DNA from: Haliotis rubra
Lineage: Eukaryota
Direction of reading: 5' to 3'
Assembly: GCF_003918875.1 (NCBI RefSeq)
Contig: NW_025767080.1
Span: 2,108,001 to 2,172,000, forward strand
DNA: 64,000 bases
Below are positions 12,795 to 24,975 of this stretch, in pieces; position 1 is the stretch's first letter, and each line of letters starts with the position of its first letter. The notes under the pieces are model-generated. The model had not been told where the DNA came from. It was given only the letters and a program-made list of their open reading frames with translations, and ran no database searches. The translations under genes were made by a program, and so were the position numbers.

Positions 12795-13397
12795 TATGAT
12801 ATTTTTTGTATAAGCACAAATGTGTGTATCAAACCATTAAGGGTATGTCATCCATGTTCTAGCTGATTTCAGTATACGAAACGCCATTATCTGTAATGGT
12901 ATACTGAAAAAGTAACATGTAAAAGTGTATTCCATGTATACTCAGACAGCGTCGTTTCAAAGTTGAAGGGGCCTACGTTAATACTGCGAGTTATCTGAGG
13001 TTCGTCACTACCGAAAAATAAACAAAGAAAGGAAGAATACGAAGTGACCAGGTTTTTACTTTGACACACGTTGGTCACATCAAAGTTGGACATAACGATG
13101 TTTGACTGTGTACATCTGACTGCAGCACATGCACCAGTTAAAAGACAGTGATTGATGAGAAATAATCCACCAGCCTAGTTAACTGAGGACCGAGTATAAC
13201 CTGGAATCACGTATGGACTGTTCAGGAAAAAATGGTCAACTTTTTACAAAATATCCAAGAAAGGTGATGTTTGGATTTTTTTTGAGGTATTTATAAAACC
13301 AATAGGTTCACACCCCGTTGAGTTGTGCAGCCTTTACCTCAAAGAACTAAAGTTATACCAGGATCTCAAAATGGACCTCACAGTCTTGATATATGAG

Positions 13398-13541
13398 CAG
13401 GGGCGTAGCTACAATTATAGAAAAAGCCCGGGCTTACTCATGATTGTTGCTAAAAAAGTAAGGCAAGCCCACAATACTATCTAAATATAATGCCTTGCAA
13501 CCTATCGGACTTACACGAAAAAATTGGTTGCTACGCGCCTG
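13398..13541. mobile_element. hAT-like MITE with 5-bp TSD
   Basis: TIRs CAGGGGCGTAGC / GCTACGCGCCTG; ATGAG on both sides (13393-13397, 13542-13546). Confidence 0.75.
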
Positions 13542-14379
13542 ATGAGTAATCGCTAACTACACAGTTGTTTACCCATGTAATCCGCTCAGCGACGTCTGTG
13601 CCACAACTCATTGCCCACACTCATACCCCGTCTAGGTGACACATTTACGTTGAGATAGATTTATTTTCAGGAGAAATCCTCTGTCTCAAATACAAAAATG
13701 GTCAATTTCACACGCTGCTTAATCAATTAAAATGGATGTTTGTGCTGATATCCACTGGATGTGTAGACTTGTAAGATATATGATTTTATATCATGCATAT
13801 TGTCAGTGCTCAGTTAAGCGGTCCATTGTGGGTGATACATATTTGTATTGTTGTGTGATAAATACTGTCCCCAAAACATGGTACTCATCTGTAATATTCT
13901 TCTCAAAGCGTAACTTAAAAAACATTTATCTGTAAATAAGAGATGTGGTGAGGCAAAATAGGCATCAAGATTATTGCACTTTTGTAGAGACAGTAAACAA
14001 GAAATCGAATCCATAGCTGTATATGTCCCTTCTACTGGACCTGATTAAACACAACAACAACGGAAACAAGTACAGGCTGACAGTAATATAACAGGGTAGT
14101 TTTAAGAGTGGGCTATCACCATGCGCTTAAATACATTTAACACACCGCTGTTGTAATTGCTTCTCCGCAAATAGAAAACAACCAACAAATTATTCTTCAT
14201 TACGTCCAATCTCGAGTCATTATAATTCAGTCACTCCAAGATCAAAGCCACGTGGACCTTCCATCATTACCAGCGTCCTTTGTATTCTATAAATTTCCTT
14301 CAACATGTCTCACTTTAATCTCTTCACGTAATTACTAAAACCTCTGAAAAAAGGCTAAATAGCGCCATTTCAGTACCAG

Positions 14380-14715
14380 GGCACAATTTGAGTCAAGATC
14401 CTGTCTCGCAGATCAAATATGTCCAATATTTGTCCGGAGTGTAGGCAAAGCATTAAAATCCATTTAAGTCATCCTCCCTGTTCCTGTCGTGAGTTGCGAA
14501 CAAACAGTTTGGGGCAAAACTCCACGTCCCTGTTCGATAAGACCATAATCCTTCCCACTGTGAGCTCTTGCGCTAACTGTGTGGGCAGAGACTCCCATCA
14601 GTCGTGCTGCTTTGGTATTTGCGCTCATTGGATCGGGCTGGTATTGGAATTGCTTTGTGCCGCACAGGCGACACCATATCATACAAATAAACGTGTAATT
14701 TGAACTACGTCTCAA
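14380..14715 (-). pseudogene. Decayed IS630/Tc1/mariner-type transposase N-terminus (HTH)
   Basis: Minus-strand peptide ...KAARLMGVSAHTVS... resembles a transposase helix-turn-helix; stops follow. Confidence 0.35.
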
Positions 14716-15285
14716 GGGATAAAACCCATCTAAAGTTCAAGATAGTCGACAAAAGCATTAAAATGCAATCTCTGAGCGTAATACTCGCGGAGAAAGCAAA
14801 TTTCATGACACAAATATATTTTCTGCTGTACAAACATATGATTTGCAAGCGGGTTCAACTGTTTCTACGCTTTGCAAATACGCTTAGCCTGAAGATGATC
14901 TGTTTGTAAGTTAGTTAGGTGCTTGTAAATATGCAGGATATCTCTTCATGCAGTACTCGACCTTGCTGAGCTTCGGTCGCTCCAGAAATATGATTTAGAA
15001 AAATATGATTTATTCTTCTAGAGCTAATAGACATTTTTAGATCCGGCAGGAATCATGGATCTCGTTTGGGGAATTTGATCCGAATGTTGAGTCCCTTAAT
15101 GACTTAATTCACTGTTATGCATTACGGCGGCCATGACAAGGCGGAGATCCGTTCCGCAAATACTTGGTGTCATATCATCAATTAACAATGTGTATGCATT
15201 GAAATTTGAGGCTTCATTTGTTTGAGGGGAATTGAGTCCCGATGGGTCAAATCAGCGACTGATGACGTGATGTTCAGTTCTTCTG

Positions 15286-16447
15286 GGGCCGTGGTGTAGT
15301 GGATAGGGACGTCGTGTAGTGGAGAGAGCGTATGTCATGAGCACGGAAGGTCGGTGGTTCGATCCCTGGCACCGTTATTAAAGAAACATAAAGTTGGTAA
15401 TTGAAACCTTACCTGGCTCTCGAAGTTGGGAGGATATGACAAATTTGTTCGATCCCTGGCACCGTTATTAAAGAAACGTAAAGTTGGTAATTGAAACCTT
15501 GCCTGGCTCTCGAAGTTGGGAGGATATGACAAAGTAGTTCGATCCCTGGCACCGTTATTAAAGAAACATAAAGTTGGTACTTGAAACCTTACCTAGCTCT
15601 CGAAGTTGGGAGGATATGACAAAGTAGTTCGATCCCTGGCACCGTTATTAAAGAAACATAAAGTTGGTACTTGAAACCTTGCCTGGCTCTCGAAGTTGGG
15701 AGGATATGACAAAGTAGTTCGATCCCTGGCACCGTTATTAAAGAAACATAAAGTTGGTACTTGAAACCTTACCTGGCTCTCGAAGTTGGGAGGATATGAC
15801 AAAGTAGTTCGATCCCTGGCACCGTTATTAAAGAAACATAAAGTTGGTACTTGAAACCTTGCCTGGCTGTCGAAGTTGGGAGGATATGACAAAGTAGTTC
15901 GATCCCTGGCACCGTTATTAAAGAAACATAAAGTTGGTACTTGAAACCTTGCCTGGCTCTCGAAGTTGGGAGGATATGACAAAGTAGTTCGATCCCTGGC
16001 ACCGTTATTAAAGAAACATAAAGTTGGTACTTGAAACCTTGCCTGGCTCTCGAAGTTGGGAGGATATGACAAAGTAGTTCGATCCCTGGCACCGTTATTA
16101 AAGAAACATAAAGTTGGTACTTGAAACCTTGCCTGGCTCTCGAAGTTGGGAGGATATGACAAAGTAGTTCGATCCCGGTAGCAGTATTCCAAAACACATA
16201 AACTTTGTACTTGTAACCTTCCCTGGCACTCGAAGTTGAGAGGATATAACAAAGTTGGTTCAGTGTAAGTACACTGGAAGGTATCCATGTTGTCATGCGA
16301 CCTGGGTTTACAATGTGCTAGCACTATAAACATCCGCACAAGGCAGGACTAGTACAGGCAGCCACGCACCCACACTAAAGACAGATTTCGCTATGTTTAT
16401 GCAGTAATCTTAAACGTAAGTTAAACCCCATTTCACCTCACCTCACC
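15286..16447 (+). mobile_element. Divergent family-A-type SINE carrying an internal 90-bp tandem amplification
   Basis: A-box head GCCGTGGTGTAGTGG, then 10 B-box-containing units, then the family-A 3' body (GCTAGCACTATAAA...CTAGTACA...) and TTTCACCTCACCTCACC tail. Confidence 0.85.
15357..16260 (+). repeat. 90-bp minisatellite, 10 units (last one divergent)
   Basis: GTTCGATCCC starts at 15357, 15447, 15537 ... 16167 with exact 90-bp period. Confidence 0.97.
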
Positions 16448-16731
16448 ACTTTCCTTGCTTAAAAAGGTTTATTTTTTTCATTTTAATCAATTTTGATCAC
16501 AAAAGTCCCAATCGAGCCGTTCACGAAAACCACAGCCACATGGTAAGGATTCTTGCCCGACAACCTTAAAAGGTTATATTCATTTGACTGAGTTATGTTC
16601 GAAAGATTTGGTTTTGTCAGCCCCCCGTGTATTCACATAAAGAATTTGTCTCTGAGATGTTTTTCGCTCAACTTGTGTCTGCCACACTTAAACAGTCAAA
16701 CCGATTCTTGATGCCTCCATGTCTTTTCTAG

Positions 16732-16813
16732 CCGACAGGAACGATCAAGGCGGCGACAGACTTCAAGCCGGAAGAACAGTGCAAGATACTGTATAACGCG
16801 ATGGATGGAATCG
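16732..16813 (+). CDS. Annexin gene 2 exon (start of repeat I)
   Basis: ttttctag| PTGTIKAATDFKPEEQCKILYNAMDGIG |gtaagg, 82 nt. Confidence 0.93.
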
Positions 16814-17163
16814 GTAAGGCTGGGAACTCTTGTACTGTGAAATGAAGTCTGTTGTGGAGAAGACATACATGTAATCAGATTTGTCCGCTATGATGGTTAC
16901 AACACTTATACAGAAAGCATGTGTAAAGTTTTAACCATTGCATCGTTCACCTTCGCCAACCCAAATACCCTTAGTGTCTACCCTACCTTACACTACACAG
17001 TGTTTAACATTATAGTGAGTTAATATTTAACGTCACATCGGCAGTATTTCAGCAATATTGTGCCGTTTAACGTTATAAGACAGGAAGAAGAAGCAGGAGA
17101 GGAAGAAGGAGAAGAATAGTCACAATGTAGGTGATTAATTAGCGATTCATTTCATTACGGAGT

Positions 17164-17318
17164 GGGGACAGTGGGTAGCCGCGTTCGCTCGTCACGCCGA
17201 AGACCCGGGTTCGATTCCCCACATGGGTACCATGTGTGAAACCGATTTCTATTGTCCCCCGCCGTGATATTGCTGTAAAATTGCTAAAAGCGGCACGAAA
17301 CTAAATTCACTCACTCAC
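17164..17318 (+). mobile_element. tRNA-derived SINE, family B (short; (TCAC)n tail)
   Basis: GCGTTCGCTCGTCACGCCGAAGACCCGGGTTCGATTCCCCACATGGG...CCGTGATATTGCT...; same family as 43814 and 55567. Confidence 0.88.
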
Positions 17319-17516
17319 CACTCATGATGGAAAGTGAGTAGTTTTGTTACCACTTTGCTTTCCTACATACGGGGAGATTCTCACATAGCACACGATAATC
17401 CTTGCGTTGAACGCAGAGGTTCCTATTCTCAGTATTTCATCACAGCATATGACACAGCTGTAAATGCCCTGTTGATACAACTACGAATTCGTCATAGAAT
17501 GTGTTTGTACGAATAG

Positions 17517-17611
17517 GTACGGACGAAGAGGCCATCATCACTGTCCTGACATCTTGCAATAATTCTCAGAGACAACAACTGAAGAAAACGTACAAGAAAA
17601 CATACAAGAAG
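17517..17611 (+). CDS. Annexin gene 2 exon (repeat I)
   Basis: gaatag| (G)TDEEAIITVLTSCNNSQRQQLKKTYKKTYKK |gtgagt, 95 nt. Confidence 0.93.
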
Positions 17612-18056
17612 GTGAGTCGGGGTCCGTTATATGCCATTTATGAATAATGCTTCAACGTCATGTATATATGATATACGCCATGTCTCTTGAACGAGAGTCC
17701 CGTTACTTGACGGCTACACTGGCTTCCATAAGAGTAACTATGACAAATCATCTTGTAACGTTCGGTTAATAGTGCTTCGTCTGAAACTTTCAGCCATAAC
17801 GTCATATTACTAGTATGGCTATTCATATCTTTAAATGCCGAACGAGTTTTCATAAAGATTATTTTAGGTTTACAGTGATGTTTTGCTTCATGAAAACTCT
17901 CACAGTTAGACACAGTCATGTCATTATCATTCACTGTGCTGATTATTTGTAGCTTAATCTATGATGGCCGATGAAATAACAACGTTAACCCTACTTGAAG
18001 TAATGGAAACTTTCAGTCATATCTCAAAGTGAACGATATCACAGTGACTGAAATGA

Positions 18057-18121
18057 CAGATCTTCATCACACACACAGATCTTCATCACACACACAGATC
18101 TTCATCACACACACAGATCTT
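18057..18121. repeat. 19-bp tandem repeat, ~3.3 copies
   Basis: CAGATCTTCATCACACACA repeated. Confidence 0.9.
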
Positions 18122-19222
18122 AAATTAGAACGTATCGTGAAGAAGATCTGGGTTCTACTCCTCCCATGACCACGAATGGTTCATATATATCATATTTTCA
18201 TATTATCCAAACGTAGAAAAATCCCCCGACTTCCTCCTCCTCTTGGAGTCTACTGTGAATGGCGTGGAAGTATAGTATAGCAGTATAGCTGGGTCCAGAC
18301 AAACAAAGTGATGCTAGTTCTGCGTTTATTGTTTTAGCTGTGAGTCTCCTCTTTCATCAAGCCCGGGCCTGGGAGCCATTTTCATGAAGAGGCCCATTAA
18401 TACAAACCGACAAACACTTAGATCAGAACTGTATGTCTTTTGTATGTACATGCATTCTACTTTTGGCATTTCGAAGCCGCCATCCATTACTGTAATGCAT
18501 GTGTTCTCCCTAACAGTTAGTCGAATGAAGTCGTTCACTTACTGATAAATAGAAAGAAAACAAGGGGGACAACCGACTTATCACAGATGTGGTGTAGGTA
18601 ATATACTTGGGTTCTGTATATATACGAGATAATCATTATGCTGTTTTGAAATTGCAGGCGTTGGCGTAAAGTAACGTCTTTCGCAACACCATGTCAACGA
18701 CGTTAGCACGAAATTTTAGCGGTGATTTCCTTTTTTCTTTTGTCATTATGATATTTAACGAGGAAAGTATTTACACGTGGAGAATAATCCAGTCCCTTGC
18801 TTTCCGTCCATTGTAAAGACGTTTTAGACCAATCAGAATGCAGCTCCATTGAAACTTCTGAATACACAATTGCATAATATCATCTTGTGATGCAGGACTG
18901 TTAGACTTAAGTTTTATAATCTAACGGTTGTGAGTGATGTAACGCTGCTTGGATTGTACTGTAGCTACATCATGGTGTCAGCTGGATGTGGGAGATAAGC
19001 ATCAAGTGATGCCGGTCTTTGATGTTCACTACTTTAGTCAAACCCACGAGTTCAGTTATGTTGACACCTAACATAGACAGAGCGAACCGAGCACCTGCTG
19101 CCTGGATTAACCCCTCGCTCTAACTGTCCATTGCACTCAGCAGTCAGCGCCAATTAACCACTGGCTTCCCTTGGTGTTATCTTATCACTATTGTGGTTTC
19201 ACGTGTACTTATACAGGTATCT

Positions 19223-19339
19223 CGGGTTCGAATCCCCACATGGGTACATTGTGTGAAGCCCATTTTTGGTGTGCCCCGCCGTGATGTTGCTGGAATATTG
19301 CTAAAAGCGGCGTAAAACCAAACTCAGTCAATCAGTCAG
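19223..19339 (+). mobile_element. 5'-truncated family-B SINE
   Basis: Starts at the B box; TSD TATA(C/T)AGGTATCT at 19210-19222 and 19340-19352. Confidence 0.88.
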
Positions 19340-19371
19340 TATATAGGTATCTGTGTCCTATTTTTTACATT

Positions 19372-19450
19372 CACCTGATGAACGGAGTAAGAATACACTC
19401 CGAAACGTGTTCCTCAAAAGACGTTGACATCCATAAAATTCTTGCCTTCA
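19372..19450 (+). mobile_element. Penelope-like terminal fragment with degenerate minimal hammerhead motif
   Basis: CAC-CTGATGA-(GGAGT loop ACTCC)-GAAACGT, followed by GTTGACATCCATAAAA shared with other fragments in the window. Confidence 0.55.
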
Positions 19451-20422
19451 CTCTTGGTCTGTCAGTCGGATCCGTGATAGCGGTGAACTAATTCATCTGC
19501 ACTCTACAACCTATCGTTTATTATTGACCGGAAACATTGCGTTGGCTGGCACGTGCAACTCTCGCCTTGAAGCAAGGTCGCAGTAAGAAAACATTAAACG
19601 GTAGAATTTATGTACTGACATGACTTTGATTTGCTATATATTCTATATTTGACATATAGAAACAATACGCCCGGAATAATATGATCTTGGGTTTCATATT
19701 TAGTGTGATTTAGAAAGAGATTATCTGTTTTTACAAGTCTAATATTATCTGTTCATGACATTTCATAAAAGACGAGACTGAGGCGACGCTATAATGATGA
19801 CCAACAAAAGAAAATTGACCCAAAATGATTTGTTCCAATAACGTGACTCACCAATTTTAAGGTGGCGATCACTATTCACCTATCACATGCTCACTATCAC
19901 AAACCGAATAGCTTGCAGTATACTGATCCCGACTGAATTGTAAATGTAATAAAGCGATGGCTGAAACAAACGTGAGTGAAAACTAAATCACTCTGTGAAT
20001 GATTTCCGTTATAACACACAAGATGTTACTGTTGGTGAGGTCACTGTGCGAAAACAAGGGCCGGTGGATATGACCCCTTCTATGTTTGTCCTGGCCCCAT
20101 CAGAGGTCCCATCAGAGGTCTAGTTGTCTTCCTTCATTTGGCATTATGATCCAGTTTTCGTCTGTTGTTGCATCGTACTATGACTTACCGATTAGCAATA
20201 ACAAAGAATAAACGATAGATATAAAACATTAACTATCATACAACTGTATGACTAAGGTGATGACTTAGAAGTTTCCCGTGGTCAGTTTTGCCTAATTATC
20301 AAACAATACACCTGCAGCTTTCGGTGTCTACAGTTTGCACCTGTTCAGCTGATCATGCCCTGTCTACCAAAATGTAAAGCATCACACGGTTTTTGCTCAA
20401 AAGTTTACACAATCAGTATTGG

Positions 20423-20640
20423 TTTGTTCGTTTCCTGTTAAACGAGGCACTCAGCACTGTTCGAGCTGTACGACGACGGTTTCTTAAGGCAGATCAGTCA
20501 AACGAATGATTGATATTGTGAGCAAACTTTCATCGTTGGGTAAAGTAAAGTCACCGAGCCTAACCACAGATTCATTTAGTCTCCTAATACGACAGCCATG
20601 GGCTGGTTGTGGTCTAGTCTAAACAGAATCCCCAGGGAAT
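20423..20640 (-). mobile_element. Decayed V-SINE-like element (family C)
   Basis: GCACTCAGCA...GAGCCTAACCAC...TACGACAGCCATGGG, similar to the 51088 copy. Confidence 0.55.
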
Positions 20641-21732
20641 CAGGTGAGATAAAATAGTACAAAACCCGGAATAGACTTATCATTCTGGACGCAGACTACC
20701 CAGCTGGGAGGAATCCTAAAGGATGCTGTTCCCATATATCCCACTTCAGCGAGTAATGCTGTACCAGGCTATAGCGTGTTGGACTAAATCTACCTACTGA
20801 CCATGAGTGTAATATTCGGTTTCCACCATCCTGTCAGTGAAATGTATAGTCTTCCAGCACAGCTATAGTCCAGCCGATTAGTATTGACCAGTCCAGTGAG
20901 AGTCTTCATGAGGACGAGTTAGCGAGTAAATTCAATAAGGAAATGTGTGTTTAGGTGAGAATCAGTTTGTTAACTGTTGAACCCTTGAAACGTCGGGCGT
21001 TGATTACCTTGGGAAATTGATTTCCTAAGTCCTTATTCCCAAATGAAACCAACTCATCAGCGTCATTCTGAGGTGTAAGTGAACCGTCTCGGGGCCACAG
21101 TTCCAAAAAAGCTTTTCCTGGATCTGTGATGTGGGTTAAAAGTTCATTCTTGTGTAAGGATTCGATACAATTCGTGGTCTATCTGATTTAGTTATTGTAT
21201 TAAATCCTGCTTCATTTGATGACTTGACATTATCAGACAATTTTGTCTGGTCAGGGTGTTGCGGGTTATTGTATAACAGGAAGAGCCCGTTGTTTATTAT
21301 ACTCTTTTTCAATGTTAGACAGTATGTGATTATAGTTTATTGAAAAGAGTGCTTTGTATCTGTCGGGAAAATTTGGCCGGATGTAGAATGATCAACGCCG
21401 CTCACCAAACGGGTGCATGCTTGTCTGTTGACATCACTTGACCAACATTCCAAAGCAGTTGCATGTATGTATTTAATGACAATTAGAACTGATAACATAT
21501 GGAAGAGAATCGTGTGGGTGTCAGATTATAATGTGTTGTGGGGAAGACAGTATTTCAGAGTAAATGCTTAGTACTCCATCAGTTGAATGGATCATTTTCA
21601 CCAGATGAAGGAGTAAATATATATTCCAAAACTGTGTGTTCCTAATAACAAAGAATTTGCAATAAATGAATTCACTCCCCCATTTAAATTTATGTTTACG
21701 TTTGGTGAGTTTACTTTCCTTTTGCTTTGCAG

Positions 21733-21909
21733 GAACTGATGGCCCATTTAAAAGGGGAGCTTACCGGGGACTTGGAGGAAACGGTGGTCTTGCTGCTTAT
21801 GGAACCAACAGAGTTTGCTGTCGAGGGAATGCATCGAGCCATGGATGGAGTTGGAACTGACGAGAGGCTTTTGCTGTATGCCTCCCTTGTCCACAGCACT
21901 ACAGCACAG
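21733..21909 (+). CDS. Annexin gene 2 exon (end of repeat I, start of repeat II)
   Basis: tttgcag| ELMAHLKGELTGDLEETVVLLLMEPTEFAVEGMHRAMDGVGTDERLLLYASLVHSTTAQ |gtagat, 177 nt; phase 0 matches the 26123 exon. The 3' boundary is the first of five identical donors. Confidence 0.85.
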
Positions 21910-22205
21910 GTAGATAATGATGTATTTGCAAAAGTCACACTTGTCCACAACACTATACCACAGGTAGATAATGATATATTTGCAACAGTCACGCTTGTCC
22001 ACAACACTATACCACAGGTAGATAATGATATATTTGCAACAGTCGCACTTGTCCACAACACTATACCACAGGTAGATAATGATATATTTGCAACAGTCAC
22101 ACTTGTCCACAACACTATACCACAGGTAGATAATGACATATTTGCCAAAGTCACACTTGTCGACAGCCCTACACAACAGGCATTTATTGATATATTTGCA
22201 CACCA
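21886..22205 (+). repeat. 54-bp minisatellite spanning the exon/intron junction
   Basis: Unit CTTGTCCACAACACTATACCACAG|GTAGATAATGATATATTTGCAACAGTCACA, ~6 copies. Confidence 0.95.
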
Positions 22206-22836
22206 CAGATAGATAGTGTTGGATAAGCAATAACCACCATTGTCCACTGTGCTTGCGTGCGTGCGTGCGTGCGTGTGTGGAATAATCTACGTCGCACTCA
22301 CGAATAAAAGAAGTTGTTATCCATAAAGTATGTTCTATAAATCGTTCTTCGGACAAATAGGTAAGGTTGTAGGAATGAAGACAAGAGTTATTTATATCAA
22401 TCTCAACAACACATTCGAAACATGGATAGCCGCTATTTTTCATTTTGTCATCAGTGAAGGGTCATGAAATCGCTCTGTGAATCTTGCCTCCACAGAACCA
22501 CCTAAGCTCGCTGCTCTTGCTTTAATGCAGCATTTGTGATCCGACTGGGAATACCTCATCTAGTCGTGATGAACGCCTAAGGCCTACTGGCATGCTTCAA
22601 GATGGAAGACCGTAGCGTGGGGTAGCCAGTATGTTCAGTGTGTCTCAGTCTGTAATTTGCAGACACATGAAGTAAAATATAGAACCCCCGAAAACCAAAC
22701 ACATCGATGTTTACTCGCGTCAGGTCACTATAACTATAGACTGACAAGACGATAAGAAATTGTCTTTATGTTCGGCGACCACTTCTAGTACCATCATTAC
22801 ACACGGACACTGACAGAATCACCGAAGGTCTCGTGT

Positions 22837-22893
22837 GATGGATGTGGACGTGGACGTGGACGTGGACGTGGACGTGGACGTGGACGTGGACGT
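22837..22893. repeat. (GTGGAC)n microsatellite
   Basis: About 9 hexamer copies. Confidence 0.95.
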
Positions 22894-22894
22894 G

Positions 22895-23340
22895 TATGGA
22901 GACGTCCTGTACAACGTCAGTTTAAGGCAACATGTCATATCTGAGGCTATGTCTGTTGTGATATTGGGCGGTATCATTATAACTGCAAGGATGCCCCTGC
23001 AAATTGTCCATGGACAATGCAACCGAGACAACTTACTGGCGCCAAAAGTTTTGCCGTTTGCGTGCCACGCCGACCCACGCGTTGTATTTCAAGACAATTT
23101 AGGCTCGATCCCACCCCGCACTTAAAGCAACTGACTACCTGCAGCAGCAAGACATCCCCAGAACACGGTTCCCGCCATGAATCCTGCCCTTTTCTAATAC
23201 AGCACGCCCGGGACATGATCGAGTTGCGTGAACGCCGACGTCAAAGACCACCAACTTCGTTACGGGCCTAGGCGCTGCAAGATGAGCGGACAAGACATTG
23301 GTTGAGCTTAATTCGGGCCATGTCATGCTGTATGAAAAAA
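22895..23340 (+). pseudogene. Decayed Tc1-type transposase remnant
   Basis: SVVILGGIIITARMPLQIVHG...RDNLLAPKVLPF...VFQDN parallels the 40578 transposase (SVMIWGGITARQRTPLVIVQG...RDQILRPVAIPF...FQQDN); frameshifted. Confidence 0.75.
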
Positions 23341-24975
23341 AGTTGACCAACCTGAACTGTTTAACTTCTCATCTCTGTCGTCTACATCCTTACGACAGAC
23401 AGCCAACATGGTCTACTCATTGTGTAACACATGGTCCTTTCTATTCCATATCCATCTATGGCTATAACTCATGTACTACTGTACTACATCATAACTGCAC
23501 AGAACAGCAATACATTACAATGTTATCCTATTGGCATTTTTGAAACAGTATAGGAACTCGGTCTCAAATAACACACTTATGGTGGGAAGATGCCATTTAA
23601 AAAATAGACTAGGCTAACGGGACGCTGTGGCCTGTGGCCTGACCAGTTCCATCACACACAATACTAGGATGCGTTCAGGGGTTTGTGTGTTCTAGGCCTG
23701 ATTAGTCCCAGGATGCTGGAATAGTGCTGAATGTGGCATTGCACAACATTCAGTCAATGAAACTATGATTCGCCGTTATATCTGGAGCTACACGGAAACC
23801 ACACATATCCAGATTTGAATACTAAATGTTAATATTAAAAGTTGAGTTATTTGAACTATAGGGTTAAGTGACTATTATCCAGCCTTATGAACATGAGCAG
23901 GCTGTTCTTCAGTCTATCGATCTCCTCTCCTCCTCTCCAAGTAATCCCCATGCATCTTTCAATCTTCTGAATCCTCAGTTCACTGCTGACAGCATCTAGT
24001 GATTCCACTTTCAGCGCACACAATGAGATCAGTATTCAATATCGCTTAAACAGCCTATCATTAAAGATACAAACATATCTGATAGCATTATTTGTGTCGG
24101 GAGCTTGGTGTTGACACGACTTGAAAGGAGAGAAGCTCTATCGACGATGTTTGTCAGGGGAACTCAAGTATGGAAACCTTGCAATGCCAAGGCGCCATCT
24201 TAACTTGTCGTTGTGTACGAGCGAGTCTCTGCCTTTGGCTGTCGATGTGGCTCCTTGCCCTTTTCATCTGTCCCGGGGTGAGAAGCTGACATAGTTATCG
24301 CTTTCATGTCTGGATCCAGGGGGTCATGAGTAATCCCCAGCATCTTCGTTCTCTCCAGCAACTCCACCAATTAGCTTTCTTGTTTGAAGGCTCGAGTGTT
24401 GTCATATGTTCTTTGATTCAATTGCAAGAAAAGGCAATATTCATTTATGGATTTAAGGAGCTAACACTCGCTCTATTGATAAATCCATCTGTATTGTCGA
24501 CATATGTATTTTGTGTTCATCATTGATCAACCAGAGGTTGACAGCATGAACAACTATCCACCAGCTTGGCTTCATGATGCTTTCAGCTACATCAGCTGGA
24601 GGAAAGCCCAAAGTGACGCCCGTATTAGACATTTAACACATGAAACCCACAAACAAACACGTTTCTGACACACCTATAAACATAACCATGGCGAATGTGG
24701 CGTTCGAACACACGACTAAATCAGCGAATTGTCACGCCTTGGACTATTAGGCCATCCGTACCCTGCTTGGTCTGGTGTGACGATTTTTGTTGTTAAACAC
24801 AGCAGTAGTCCATTAATACGACGGCATTCTGTCAATAATCAAACCAAGACCATATAACATTTGACTAAAGTACAACAGGTAGTAATTCTTGACATTTAAA
24901 GAGTAGTCGAAGAAATGACGATACTAGCTGTTAGTACAGCAACACGTTCCCGATTTGTACTTTTGATGAGTGTAA

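Noticed and set aside
15335-16339. Minus-strand ORFs of 248, 175 and 65 aa
   Set aside because: They come from a stop-free 90-bp SINE-derived repeat, antisense within an annexin intron; no independent sign of coding
21711-22443. Cys-rich minus-strand ORFs (178 and 231 aa)
   Set aside because: Antisense read-through of the annexin exon and 54-bp repeat
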